A program made the position numbers and the translations under genes. From an uncultured Lachnoclostridium sp. (GTDB taxonomy: Bacteria > Bacillota > Clostridia > Lachnospirales > Lachnospiraceae), in assembly GCA_958425285.1 (NCBI GenBank), contig CATZVV010000001.1, positions 1-33,755 of the forward strand: a DNA stretch of 33,755 bases. Reading direction: 5' to 3'. Within the stretch, counting starts at the first letter, position 1. The number at the start of each line of letters is the position of its first letter. Below the pieces are notes generated by a model. The model had not been told where the DNA came from. It was given only the letters and a program-made list of their open reading frames with translations, and made no database searches. Positions 25,215 to 33,755 of the stretch are shown one piece after another.

Positions 25215-26579
25215 ATGGAACTAGCGATACCAGGACAGGTAGAACATATTATAGAGCAACTGGGGGAAAATGGATATGAAGCATTTGCTGTTGGAGGTTG
25301 TGTAAGAGATTTATTGCTCGGGAGAACCCCGGAGGATTGGGATATCACAACCTCTGCGAGACCAGAGGATGTAAAACGTATATTTCGGCGGACAATAGAC
25401 ACAGGAATTGAACATGGGACAGTAACTGTAATGATAGGGGAAACTGGGTATGAAGTGACAACATATCGGGTTGATGGTGAATATGAAGATCACAGGCATC
25501 CGAAGGCGGTTCAGTTTACGGCAGAACTTGTAGAAGACTTGCGGAGACGGGATTTTACGATTAATGCGATGGCATACGCTCCAGGAAGCGGAGTTATTGA
25601 CGTATTTTCAGGAAGAGAAGATATGGAAAAGGGAATGATACGTGCAGTTGGTGTGGCTCATGAGAGATTTGAGGAAGATGCTTTGAGGATGCTGCGAGCC
25701 GTTCGTTTTTCGGGTCAGTTGGGATTTCGCATTGAAGGGAAGACAAAACAGGCAATTTGTGAATTGGCACATACCATTTCGCATGTTAGTGTAGAGAGAA
25801 TCCGGGTTGAATTAACAAAATTGCTGCTTTCAAGAGAGCCAGAGCGTTTGCTGGAAGCTTATGAGGCAGGGTTAACAAAAATAATTCTACCCGAATTTGA
25901 TCAGATGATTGAAACAGAACAGGAAAATCCACATCATTATCTCAATGTGGGGAGACATACTTTGGCAGTGATAAAACAGATAAACCACTTGGCGAAACGT
26001 GAACAGTTGGATAAAAAACAATGGGTGGCTCTTTGCTTTGCGGGGTTGTTGCATGATGTGTCAAAACCGGAGTGTAAGACAGTTGACAGAGATGGTATTG
26101 CACATTTCTATGGACATGATAAAAAAGGAAGTGAACGAGCCGGGCATATACTGCGGCGGTTGAAATTTGATAATTATACAATTGATTTTGTAAAACGTTT
26201 GGTAAATTACCATGATGAACGGTTTGAAGGGGGGAAAAAAAGTCTCCGTCGGATCATGAATCGAATGGGGAGAGAGTATGTTCCCTATTTGTTTTTATTG
26301 CAGGAGGCTGATTTGCTTGGACAGAGCACTTATATGCAACAGGAAAAGCTGGGAGCGTTGGAGCATGCAAAAATATTATACGGACAGATAAACGAGGCCG
26401 ATGAAGCAGTTTCTTTAAGTGATTTGGCAATTGGGGGAAAGGAATTAATGGAATTGGGGATTAGAAAGGGCCCGGAAATCGGGAAAATGTTAAATGAACT
26501 AATGTCAATTGTATTAGAGGAACCCCAGAAGAATAAACCGGAAATATTAGTGGCGATTGTAAAGGAAAGGATTGGGTAA
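25215..26579 (+). CDS. cca: CCA tRNA nucleotidyltransferase (with C-terminal HD domain)
   Basis: Supporting motifs are AVGGCVRDLLLGRTPEDWDITT, RRRDFTINAMA and EDALRMLRAVRF. The HD region reads LLHDVSKP...HFYGHDKKG. Confidence 0.9.
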   Translation: MELAIPGQVEHIIEQLGENGYEAFAVGGCVRDLLLGRTPEDWDITTSARPEDVKRIFRRTIDTGIEHGTVTVMIGETGYEVTTYRVDGEYEDHRHPKAVQFTAELVEDLRRRDFTINAMAYAPGSGVIDVFSGREDMEKGMIRAVGVAHERFEEDALRMLRAVRFSGQLGFRIEGKTKQAICELAHTISHVSVERIRVELTKLLLSREPERLLEAYEAGLTKIILPEFDQMIETEQENPHHYLNVGRHTLAVIKQINHLAKREQLDKKQWVALCFAGLLHDVSKPECKTVDRDGIAHFYGHDKKGSERAGHILRRLKFDNYTIDFVKRLVNYHDERFEGGKKSLRRIMNRMGREYVPYLFLLQEADLLGQSTYMQQEKLGALEHAKILYGQINEADEAVSLSDLAIGGKELMELGIRKGPEIGKMLNELMSIVLEEPQKNKPEILVAIVKERIG

Positions 26580-26580
26580 G

Positions 26581-27522
26581 ATGAGTTTACAGGTAAAACA
26601 TTTACGAAAAAAGTATGGTGAAAAGGTGGTTTTGGAGGATTTGAGTTTTGAGATGGAAAAGCCGGGCGTATATGCTCTTCTTGGGACAAATGGCGCCGGA
26701 AAGACCACATCAATTCGAATGATTCTTGGTATGCTGGCAGGAGATGGCGGAGAAGTCTTATGGAATGGAAAGCCTTTAGATGTTATGGAAACAAATGTAG
26801 GCTACTTGGCAGAAGAGAGAGGTCTTTATCCTAAAATTTCTCTTATGGACCAGCTGCTGTATTTTGCATCGTTAAAGGAAGTACCAAAATCGTTGGCAAA
26901 AGAGCGTATCAAATATCTGTCGAAGCGATTGGAGGTAGATGAATATATATATCCCAAAGCCTCTGGAAGCAGAAAAAAGAAGGAGAAGCCTAAAACAGCT
27001 GATCAGCTTTCAAAAGGTAATCAGCAAAAAATACAGTTTTTGGTAGCGTTGCTTTCCGATCCGGACATTTTGATTTTGGATGAGCCACTCAGCGGGCTGG
27101 ATCCGGTGAATGCAGATTTATTTAAGTCAATTATTCGAGAGGAAATGGATCAAGGGAAATATATGATTATGTCCAGTCATCAAATGGCTACCATTGAAGA
27201 ATTTTGTGAGGATATTACGATATTAAATAAAGGGAAAGTAGTCTTGCAGGGCAATTTGAATAAAATTAAGAAAGAATATGGTAGAGTAAAATTATTTGTA
27301 AAGTGTGATGAGGATATTTCAGACATTCTGGATGAAATGGAGATTCATGCTGAAGAAAAAACAGCAGAGGGATATTATATTAAGGTAAAGGAGGAAAAGG
27401 AGGCAAGGGCATTACTCAGTGAACTGATGCGAAGGGAAATTCCGGTTGTACATTTTGAATTGCGGGAACCATCTTTACACGAGATTTTTGTAGAAAAAGT
27501 GGGAGGTACAAATGAAGAGTAA
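26581..27522 (+). CDS. ABC transporter ATP-binding protein (ABC-2/NatA-like)
   Basis: Walker A (GTNGAGKTT), signature (LSKGNQQK) and Walker B (ILILDEP) are all present. ATG at 26581 is 1 nt after the cca stop. Confidence 0.85.
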   Translation: MSLQVKHLRKKYGEKVVLEDLSFEMEKPGVYALLGTNGAGKTTSIRMILGMLAGDGGEVLWNGKPLDVMETNVGYLAEERGLYPKISLMDQLLYFASLKEVPKSLAKERIKYLSKRLEVDEYIYPKASGSRKKKEKPKTADQLSKGNQQKIQFLVALLSDPDILILDEPLSGLDPVNADLFKSIIREEMDQGKYMIMSSHQMATIEEFCEDITILNKGKVVLQGNLNKIKKEYGRVKLFVKCDEDISDILDEMEIHAEEKTAEGYYIKVKEEKEARALLSELMRREIPVVHFELREPSLHEIFVEKVGGTNEE

Positions 27523-28825
27523 ATCAGGAAGGCGTTTTTGGAATATTTTAAACTTCACTGTTGTACAGAGCTTCAAAAGCGGAAGTACGAAGGTGGTACT
27601 TATTTTACTTTCGGTAGCGATGCTTGTGTCAATGCCCTTACTCTATTACATTGGTAAGCAGAGTGGGCAGGAAGAGTTTCCGGTGAAAACGATTTTTGTT
27701 TGGGATCAGACGGAAATGGGTTTTAATGATTTCTCGGATTTGAAGGAGAAATCTCATTATCGGAATGTTGAGTTTTATAAGGTGGATTCTCAGCAGGAAT
27801 TGAAAGAGGCTTCCATGCAGATTACAATTTCATTTGGTGAGCAGGGCTATATGCTTGAATATATGGTTCCAGTAGAAGGGGGAATGGAAGAGGTAGATTT
27901 TGATGCATATTCCGAAGATTTTATCCAGTGTTTTGAAAAACAAAGACTACAGAAGCTGGATGTATCGCCGGAGGAAAAGGAATACTTGGGAAATATACCG
28001 GAATACAAGGTAAGTTACTTAGATGAGAAGGGTCAGGTGCCGGCGGAAAGTGAAGAGGGTATCAGTCTTACTCAGTACAATGTACTTCTTGGCAGTGTTG
28101 TCGTTATGATTTTGCTTATTGCATTTAGTGCAGAAATTGTTTCTTCTTCTATTGTTTCGGAAAAGTCTAGTAAACTGGTTGAAACGCTTATGCTTAGTGC
28201 CAAGCCTTCTTCAATTATTGCCGGTAAAGTTACAGGTGCAATGTGTACTGTTGTTTTAGAACTTGTAGCAGTTGGCATTTGTGCATGTATATCTTTGTTT
28301 TTAACAAAGGTGATATTTGGACTGAATACTGTCATTATTCCTCAGCAGATTCAGGACTTTGTGAAGGAGACCAGTGGGTTGCCGCTGGAAAAGGTATGCA
28401 TTCTTTTCTTATTTTTGTTAGCAGGTGTATGCTTTTATGCACTTCTTGCCGGCTTGTTTGGAGCTGCTATTAGCAAGATAGAAGACATGGCAGAGGGGAT
28501 GAAAACATATAATTTTATTATGATTATTGGTGCATATTCGGGAATTGGATTAAGTATGGCACAGATAATGGGAAATGGTGCAGCGACAGTTAGCTATGTG
28601 CTGTCATTTATACCTATTTGTGCACCATTTGTTGTACCCATGCAGTTACTGGCCGGAAAAATATCTATTTCATTTGCATTGGCCGGGCTTGTGGTTTTAA
28701 TTGGGTTTACCGTGTTTTTGGCACGATTTGTTGGAAAGGTTTATCAGGTAATGTTATTGCATCAGGGAAATACTTTGAAGTTTCGTGATATTATAAGCCT
28801 TGGCAGAAAGGAGACGCACAAATGA
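27512..28825 (+). CDS. ABC-2 family transporter permease (NatB/YhaP-like)
   Basis: An N-terminal TM segment is followed by an extracytoplasmic domain of about 150 aa, then the SEKSSKLVETLMLS motif and 5 TM segments. The start overlaps the ATPase stop. Confidence 0.8.
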   Translation: MKSKSGRRFWNILNFTVVQSFKSGSTKVVLILLSVAMLVSMPLLYYIGKQSGQEEFPVKTIFVWDQTEMGFNDFSDLKEKSHYRNVEFYKVDSQQELKEASMQITISFGEQGYMLEYMVPVEGGMEEVDFDAYSEDFIQCFEKQRLQKLDVSPEEKEYLGNIPEYKVSYLDEKGQVPAESEEGISLTQYNVLLGSVVVMILLIAFSAEIVSSSIVSEKSSKLVETLMLSAKPSSIIAGKVTGAMCTVVLELVAVGICACISLFLTKVIFGLNTVIIPQQIQDFVKETSGLPLEKVCILFLFLLAGVCFYALLAGLFGAAISKIEDMAEGMKTYNFIMIIGAYSGIGLSMAQIMGNGAATVSYVLSFIPICAPFVVPMQLLAGKISISFALAGLVVLIGFTVFLARFVGKVYQVMLLHQGNTLKFRDIISLGRKETHK

Positions 28826-30132
28826 AGAAGAAGGGAATGTTTAGCGGTTGGAAGCAGGTATATTGCTTTACGCTAAAAGATGCAGTGAGTGCAAAATCTT
28901 TCAAGTTTACAACAATAGGAATTGCAGTGGTTCTTTTTGCCATTATAATAATTATTTATGGAGGAATGGCGTATACACAGTCTCAAAGTATGGAAGAGCC
29001 AATTGCCCTGAAAACAATTTATGTTTGTAATAATAGCGGAATGGATTTCTATCATTTGTCGGAATTTCCTTCTCAGGCGGGAAGGGGATTTCAAGGGGTA
29101 CAATTTTTGACGGATGGGAATGAAAAAGATAAGTTACAAAGTAAGGTTTTTGAAAGCCCGGAGGAAGATGCTGTTTTATGGCTGCAGTCTGGTGAGGACA
29201 AGGCATTGTTATTGACACTTTTAATACCGGATTCAACAGAATGCAGTGGAGATGAGTGTGAAGAGTTGTTGGGGGAAATTTCTCATTATTTATATAAAGA
29301 AAAGTTGCAAAACAGTGGGGTTGAGAACACAAAGCTGGCGATGATTTTAAGCCCTGTTACAACACAATATGTAAAGCAGGGAGCAGAACCGGAATCTATG
29401 GGCTCTATTCTTGTCAAGATGATTGTACCTCTGATTTCTATTCTGGTTTTATACTTTATGATTTTGCTTCATGGGCAAAGTGTTGGAAAGAGTGTGGCTT
29501 CAGAAAAGACATCAAAATTAATGGAGACTTTGTTGCTTTCTGTACAGCCATATGCCCTTGTATTTGGAAAAATACTTGGTATGGCGACCGTAGGTTTGAT
29601 CCAGATGATTTCATGGGCGGTTGGTCTGATACTGGGATTTGCTGGAGGAAATATTTTGGCCGGACAGATTAATAAGGGGTTTGAGAGTCCTTTGACAGAT
29701 TTACTTTACATTATTAGAGAGTCCGGGATGGAACAGGCATTTCAATTGAAGTTTGTGGTTCTGGCTATTATGACTTTGCTGCTTGGCTACCTTTTTTATC
29801 TTGTGCTTGCAGGTCTGGTTGGTTCCCGTATTTCAAAGTCAGAAGATTTAGCACAGGGAATGGGATTGTTTCAGATTATTGTAGTAGCAGGTTTCATGGG
29901 GTCGTATTTTACATCACTCGGAATGCAAAGTGACCTGCTGGCAGTAGAACGTTATCTGCCTGTAACTTCACCATTTTTGCTTCCGTCAGACTTGCTCCTG
30001 GGAAAAGTTTCATTTGGGGAGGGATTTATTATGTTTCTGGTATTGGCAGTATTTACCTTGATCCTTGTCTGTGTGACTGGAAGAATGTATCGGAATAGTA
30101 TTTTTTATAAGGGGAGACGTTCGAATTCATAG
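28822..30132 (+). CDS. ABC-2 family transporter permease, paralog of the preceding gene
   Basis: Same architecture and motif (SEKTSKLMETLLLS). ATGA start/stop overlap with the upstream permease. Confidence 0.8.
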   Translation: MKKKGMFSGWKQVYCFTLKDAVSAKSFKFTTIGIAVVLFAIIIIIYGGMAYTQSQSMEEPIALKTIYVCNNSGMDFYHLSEFPSQAGRGFQGVQFLTDGNEKDKLQSKVFESPEEDAVLWLQSGEDKALLLTLLIPDSTECSGDECEELLGEISHYLYKEKLQNSGVENTKLAMILSPVTTQYVKQGAEPESMGSILVKMIVPLISILVLYFMILLHGQSVGKSVASEKTSKLMETLLLSVQPYALVFGKILGMATVGLIQMISWAVGLILGFAGGNILAGQINKGFESPLTDLLYIIRESGMEQAFQLKFVVLAIMTLLLGYLFYLVLAGLVGSRISKSEDLAQGMGLFQIIVVAGFMGSYFTSLGMQSDLLAVERYLPVTSPFLLPSDLLLGKVSFGEGFIMFLVLAVFTLILVCVTGRMYRNSIFYKGRRSNS

Positions 30133-30180
30133 TTGTAAAGGATGCAGGAAGGTTGGACGTAAACAGTAGAGGGGGATTCT

Positions 30181-32091
30181 ATGTTTGCAAATAATAGGAA
30201 GACAATAGGGGTTTTTATTTTTCGTCCTGTTGATGAATTTCAAAATAAACTTTGCAGGGGAATTATCGACGGAAGTAGCCGATATGGATTAAATGTGCTG
30301 TTTTTTACTTCATTTGGAGATTATGCACACAATGTACGGTTTGTAAAAGGTGAGAGTTGTATTGTAGATTTACCGCCCTATGAGGAATTGGATGGAGCAA
30401 TTCTCGTTTTAGATACGATTGATATTGATGCTGTTAAGCAAAATTTGATAGAAAATGTGAGAGAACGATGCCACTGTCCTGTTGTTTGTGTACGAGAAGA
30501 AGTAAGTGGGATGCATAATGTTGTTGTAGATAATGACACATCTATGGAAAGCATATTTCGTCATTTTATAGAGGAACATGGTTTTGAACGGATTTGCTTT
30601 ATGACAGGGAAAAAGGGACACGAGGATGCAGAAGGCCGTTTACGTAGCTTTCAGCGTGTGATGGAGGAGTGTCAGCTTCCGATAACCGATCGACAGATTT
30701 TTTACGGAGACTTCTGGAAAAAGAAGGGAAAGGAGGCTTGTGATCATTTTTTGGGTGGAGGTTATGAGCCGCAGGTAATAATCTGTGCAAATGATTATAT
30801 GGCAGTTGCCGTTGCCAGTGAGTTGATTGACAGGGGTTATCGGATTCCGGAAGATATATGTGTAAGTGGATATGACGGTGTTTGTGAAATTTATCATTTT
30901 CAACCGTCCATTACAACCGCATGTGTACCATTTTATGAAATGGGTGTGGAGGCTGTTTCTGTTATAGTAAGAAATTTAAAGAAGGATTGTCCCTTGGAGA
31001 AAATTTATTTTCCTACAAAGCTGGTTTTGGCAGAATCTTGTGGTTGCCTGAATTTGGAGAAGCAGGAGTTGATTAAGAGCAGAAAATTATATCATGATAG
31101 TGTAAATCGTTCAGAATTGCGACAGATGGAGACAGCGTTCATGTCAGTACATTTGGAAGAGGTTCGGGATTTTGATGCTTTAGCAGATATAATAGAGGCT
31201 TATATAGAAAATGTAGATGGATATAAGGATTATTATTTGTGCCTTTGTGAGGGTCTGGAATCCGGGGGAAAAGCATTTCATACTTTTACAAATGATATGG
31301 AGATGCGAGTTGGCTTTCGTAACGGAAAAAGAATTAAAAATAAGAAAATTTCATTTTCAACAAGAGAACTTTTACCGGCAGAGGTACTGGATAATGGGCC
31401 TCAGATTTTTTATTTTTCTCCGTTGCATTATAAGGAACGGTGCTTTGGATATGAGGCAATCAGCTTTTGCGATAGCAAAGAGACAGGAAATTTATATCTC
31501 TCATGGAGTGTGAATATTGAGAACGCAATTCAAGACATCTTGTTACAAAATGAAATGGGACGCCTGATTGATGAATTAGAAGAACTGCACGTTCATGATG
31601 TATTAACCGGCTTATTTAACCGAAGGGGATTTGAGAAATACTCTCAAATCCAATGGAGTATTGCAAAAAAAAATGGATGCCCGTTTTTCATTATGGAATT
31701 AGATATGGATGGCTTGAAGTACATAAATGATAGTTTTGGTCATTCAGAGGGTGACAGTGCACTCCGGGTAATTGGTGAAGCTTTAAGTTTTGCATCTGAA
31801 CAGGGTGAGATTTGTGCCAGAACCGGAGGAGATGAGTTTTGCGTTTGTCATGGCGCAAAATCAGAACAGGAGGTAAATGATTTTCTGGGCTCTGTTGATT
31901 ATTATTTAGAGAAATATAATGCGGGAAGTGATAAACCGTATAAAGTTTGTGCAAGCAGGGGATTTTATTATGAGGTACCTGAAGCAGGAATGACGATAGA
32001 AAATTGTTTGAAAATCAGTGATTCAAGGATGTATAATCAGAAGCAGGAAAAACGTAGTAATATGATACAGAGAGAAAGGAGTATGAGATAA
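30181..32091 (+). CDS. Diguanylate cyclase: LacI-type periplasmic-binding-fold (PBP1) sugar-binding domain without HTH, an unassigned middle module, and GGDEF
   Basis: The N-terminal ~290 aa resemble a LacI/PurR ligand-binding core (VIICANDYMAVAVASELIDRGYRIPEDICVSGYDG) and start at residue ~8 with no HTH. The C-terminus has HDVLTGLFNRRGF...DMDGLKYINDSFGHSEGDSALR...ARTGGDEFCV (GGDEF at 31825-31839). No TM segments. Confidence 0.85.
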   Translation: MFANNRKTIGVFIFRPVDEFQNKLCRGIIDGSSRYGLNVLFFTSFGDYAHNVRFVKGESCIVDLPPYEELDGAILVLDTIDIDAVKQNLIENVRERCHCPVVCVREEVSGMHNVVVDNDTSMESIFRHFIEEHGFERICFMTGKKGHEDAEGRLRSFQRVMEECQLPITDRQIFYGDFWKKKGKEACDHFLGGGYEPQVIICANDYMAVAVASELIDRGYRIPEDICVSGYDGVCEIYHFQPSITTACVPFYEMGVEAVSVIVRNLKKDCPLEKIYFPTKLVLAESCGCLNLEKQELIKSRKLYHDSVNRSELRQMETAFMSVHLEEVRDFDALADIIEAYIENVDGYKDYYLCLCEGLESGGKAFHTFTNDMEMRVGFRNGKRIKNKKISFSTRELLPAEVLDNGPQIFYFSPLHYKERCFGYEAISFCDSKETGNLYLSWSVNIENAIQDILLQNEMGRLIDELEELHVHDVLTGLFNRRGFEKYSQIQWSIAKKNGCPFFIMELDMDGLKYINDSFGHSEGDSALRVIGEALSFASEQGEICARTGGDEFCVCHGAKSEQEVNDFLGSVDYYLEKYNAGSDKPYKVCASRGFYYEVPEAGMTIENCLKISDSRMYNQKQEKRSNMIQRERSMR

Positions 32092-32092
32092 A

Positions 32093-32296
32093 ATGAAGAA
32101 GGAATTACAGGTAGAGGGAATGTCATGTCAACATTGTGCGGCGAGAGTAGAGGCGGCATTATCTGCTCTTGAGCAGGTGAAGTCGGTTTCTGTAAATCTG
32201 AAACAGAAGAAAGTAAAGATTAAACTTCTGGAAGAGGTCTCAGATGACTTGTTGAAAAAGGTAGTAGAGGATGCAGGTTATCAGGTCCTCTCGTAA
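32093..32296 (+). CDS. copZ: Heavy-metal-associated (HMA) domain copper chaperone CopZ-like protein
   Basis: 67 aa with a GMxCxxC-type motif (EGMSCQHCAARVEAAL). Confidence 0.8.
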   Translation: MKKELQVEGMSCQHCAARVEAALSALEQVKSVSVNLKQKKVKIKLLEEVSDDLLKKVVEDAGYQVLS

Positions 32297-32346
32297 AAGT
32301 ATTTGTGTGCACAAGTTCACAGTTTACATGAAGGTTTGGTGATAAA

Positions 32347-33675
32347 ATGTCCCGATGGGAAAAAGATTGCCTTGGGCAGCTGGAGTTAGGGGATTCCGCT
32401 TATTATGGAGTCCATACAAGACGTGGTATATTAAACTTTAATGGAAAGAATGGAGTAGCCGTACACGGCAGGAATGATATTTCCTTGATTCATGCGATGG
32501 TTTTGGTAAAGAAGGCAGTTGCTTATACAAATCGAAAATGTGGGAATCTGGAAGAGGGAAAGGCAAGGGCTATTATAAGCGCCTGCGACCGTATTATGAC
32601 AGGAGACTTTGATAATCAATTTCAGGTTAGTGCTTATCAGGGCGGTGCAGGTACAACAACCCATATGAATGTCAATGAGGTTATCGCTAATGTAGCGTTG
32701 GAGAGTATGGGGCATGAGAAGGGGCAGTATGAATTCTTGAGTCCGTTTGATGATGTAAATAAAGGGCAGTCTACAAATGATGTTTATCCCACAGCATTGC
32801 GTATAGCCTGTATTGAAAAGGTGCGTTTCCTTAGTGATTCAATGGCAGCTTTGCAGGAAAGCTTGCAAAAGAAAGAAAGTGAGTTTGCAGATGTTAGAAA
32901 ACTTGGACGAACCCAGTTGATGGATGCTCTTCCTGTAACACTTGGCGAGGAATTTGGGGCTTATGCACAGGCGATTTCCAGAGATCGTTGGAGAATTTAT
33001 AAGGTGGAAGAAAGGCTTCGTCAGGTTAATCTTGGAGGAACTGCTGTTGGTACTGGTATGAATGCAGATTTAGCTTATCGTTATATGGTAATTGATACTC
33101 TGCGGGAGCTGACTGGATTTGGTCTGGCTAGAGCAGAGTACCCGATGGATTTAACACAAAATAATGATGTGTTTGTAGAAGTTTCCGGTCTTCTGAAGGC
33201 GGCTGCTGTAAATCTTATGAAAATCAGCAATGATTTACGACTTATGAATTCAGGACCAAAAGGCGGCTTAGGTGAAATATGTTTAGAGCTGAGGCAGGCA
33301 GGTTCTACAATTATGCCGGGAAAAATAAATCCTGTTATTCCAGAAATGGTGACACAAATTGCAATGAGAGTTATGGCAAATGATAGTGGAATTGCGTTTG
33401 CAGCGGCAAGTGGACAATTGGAATTAAATGCATTTATGCCGTTTATTTCATATAGCCTGCTTGAATCGCTCGACTTATTGGGTGAAGCATCAGAAGCACT
33501 CCGAGCAAATGCCATTGAGACAGTTCGCGTAAATAAAGCCGGTTGTCTCAGACACTTAGAGGCATCTCTCGAGTCTGTAACTAGTCTTGTTCCTGAAATC
33601 GGATATGAAAAGGCAAGTGAGCTTGCAATGAGTGAAAGGAAGCAGGGCGATAAGGAAATGGATTTTGAAGCCTAA
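32347..33675 (+). CDS. aspA: Aspartate ammonia-lyase family protein (class II fumarase/aspartase superfamily)
   Basis: SS-loop GSTIMPGKINPVIPE (NPV.PE is aspartase-like, not the fumarase NPTQCE). Also QSTNDVYPTA, TQLMDALPVTLG and an N-terminal EKDCLG...AYYGVHT. At 442 aa it is somewhat shorter than typical aspartases. Confidence 0.75.
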   Translation: MSRWEKDCLGQLELGDSAYYGVHTRRGILNFNGKNGVAVHGRNDISLIHAMVLVKKAVAYTNRKCGNLEEGKARAIISACDRIMTGDFDNQFQVSAYQGGAGTTTHMNVNEVIANVALESMGHEKGQYEFLSPFDDVNKGQSTNDVYPTALRIACIEKVRFLSDSMAALQESLQKKESEFADVRKLGRTQLMDALPVTLGEEFGAYAQAISRDRWRIYKVEERLRQVNLGGTAVGTGMNADLAYRYMVIDTLRELTGFGLARAEYPMDLTQNNDVFVEVSGLLKAAAVNLMKISNDLRLMNSGPKGGLGEICLELRQAGSTIMPGKINPVIPEMVTQIAMRVMANDSGIAFAAASGQLELNAFMPFISYSLLESLDLLGEASEALRANAIETVRVNKAGCLRHLEASLESVTSLVPEIGYEKASELAMSERKQGDKEMDFEA

Positions 33676-33755
33676 ATTTTTGTAAACAAATAGTGAATGA
33701 CTGGAAAAGGTTCCAGACTTCTTTCTAAGATCCCTTGAATAGAAGCAATCAGAAT

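Noticed and set aside
25070-25402. 110-aa minus-strand ORF spanning the cca promoter region and cca 5' end
   Set aside because: It overlaps the unambiguous cca N-terminus (GGCVRDLLLG) and the divergent promoter region. No recognisable domain.
33081-33515. 144-aa ORF antisense to the aspartase-like gene
   Set aside because: Mirror-frame ORF within a conserved-motif-bearing CDS, with no independent support.
1-33755. Scan for CRISPR arrays, tRNA/rRNA genes, IS elements, integrases, phage or defence-system genes
   Set aside because: No regularly spaced direct repeats, no tRNA-like cloverleaf candidates in intergenic gaps, and no transposase, integrase, recombinase, nuclease or helicase-like ORFs were recognised. 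This was done by eye only, so short or degenerate elements could be missed.

Overview
This window reads as a low-GC, spore-forming Clostridia-type chromosome, possibly a Lachnospiraceae-like gut anaerobe (inference from gene content only). It is mostly core housekeeping and sporulation genes.

Gene content, left to right:
- 129-7581: an arabinan/xylan-type glycoside hydrolase locus (LacI regulator, AraC regulator, GH51-like gene, GH43 gene). Three of its four genes carry lesions.
- 7794-11553: a thiazole-branch thiamine operon, thiS-thiF-thiG-thiH-tenI. It has a long structured leader that does not look like a TPP riboswitch.
- 11651-16231: veg with a near-consensus promoter, an ECF sigma / DUF4179 anti-sigma pair, a DUF3794(SPOCS)+LysM spore-morphogenesis-like protein, and an unassigned 192-aa protein.
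- 16315-20344: ispE, spoIIR, ddl, a DUF1934 gene and dapF.
- 20493-24080: an HD-GYP phosphodiesterase, a small membrane protein, plsC, and a VanY-like M15 carboxypeptidase with a repetitive Lys/Pro/Thr tail.
- 24195-25030: queT behind a preQ1-I riboswitch, and a TSCPD (TIGR03905) gene.
- 25215-30132: cca, coupled to an ABC ATPase and two paralogous ABC-2 permeases.
- 30181-33675: a LacI-type sugar-binding domain fused to GGDEF, copZ, and an aspartase-like lyase.

I see no tRNA or rRNA genes, CRISPR arrays, transposases, integrases or phage genes. I also see no convincing new multi-gene system.

The observations most worth follow-up:
- the non-TPP thi leader;
- the HTH-less sugar-sensor-GGDEF fusion with an unassigned middle module;
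- the clustered gene decay in the glycoside hydrolase locus;
- the unassigned protein downstream of ispE.

All family assignments come from motif recognition by eye, not from database searches.
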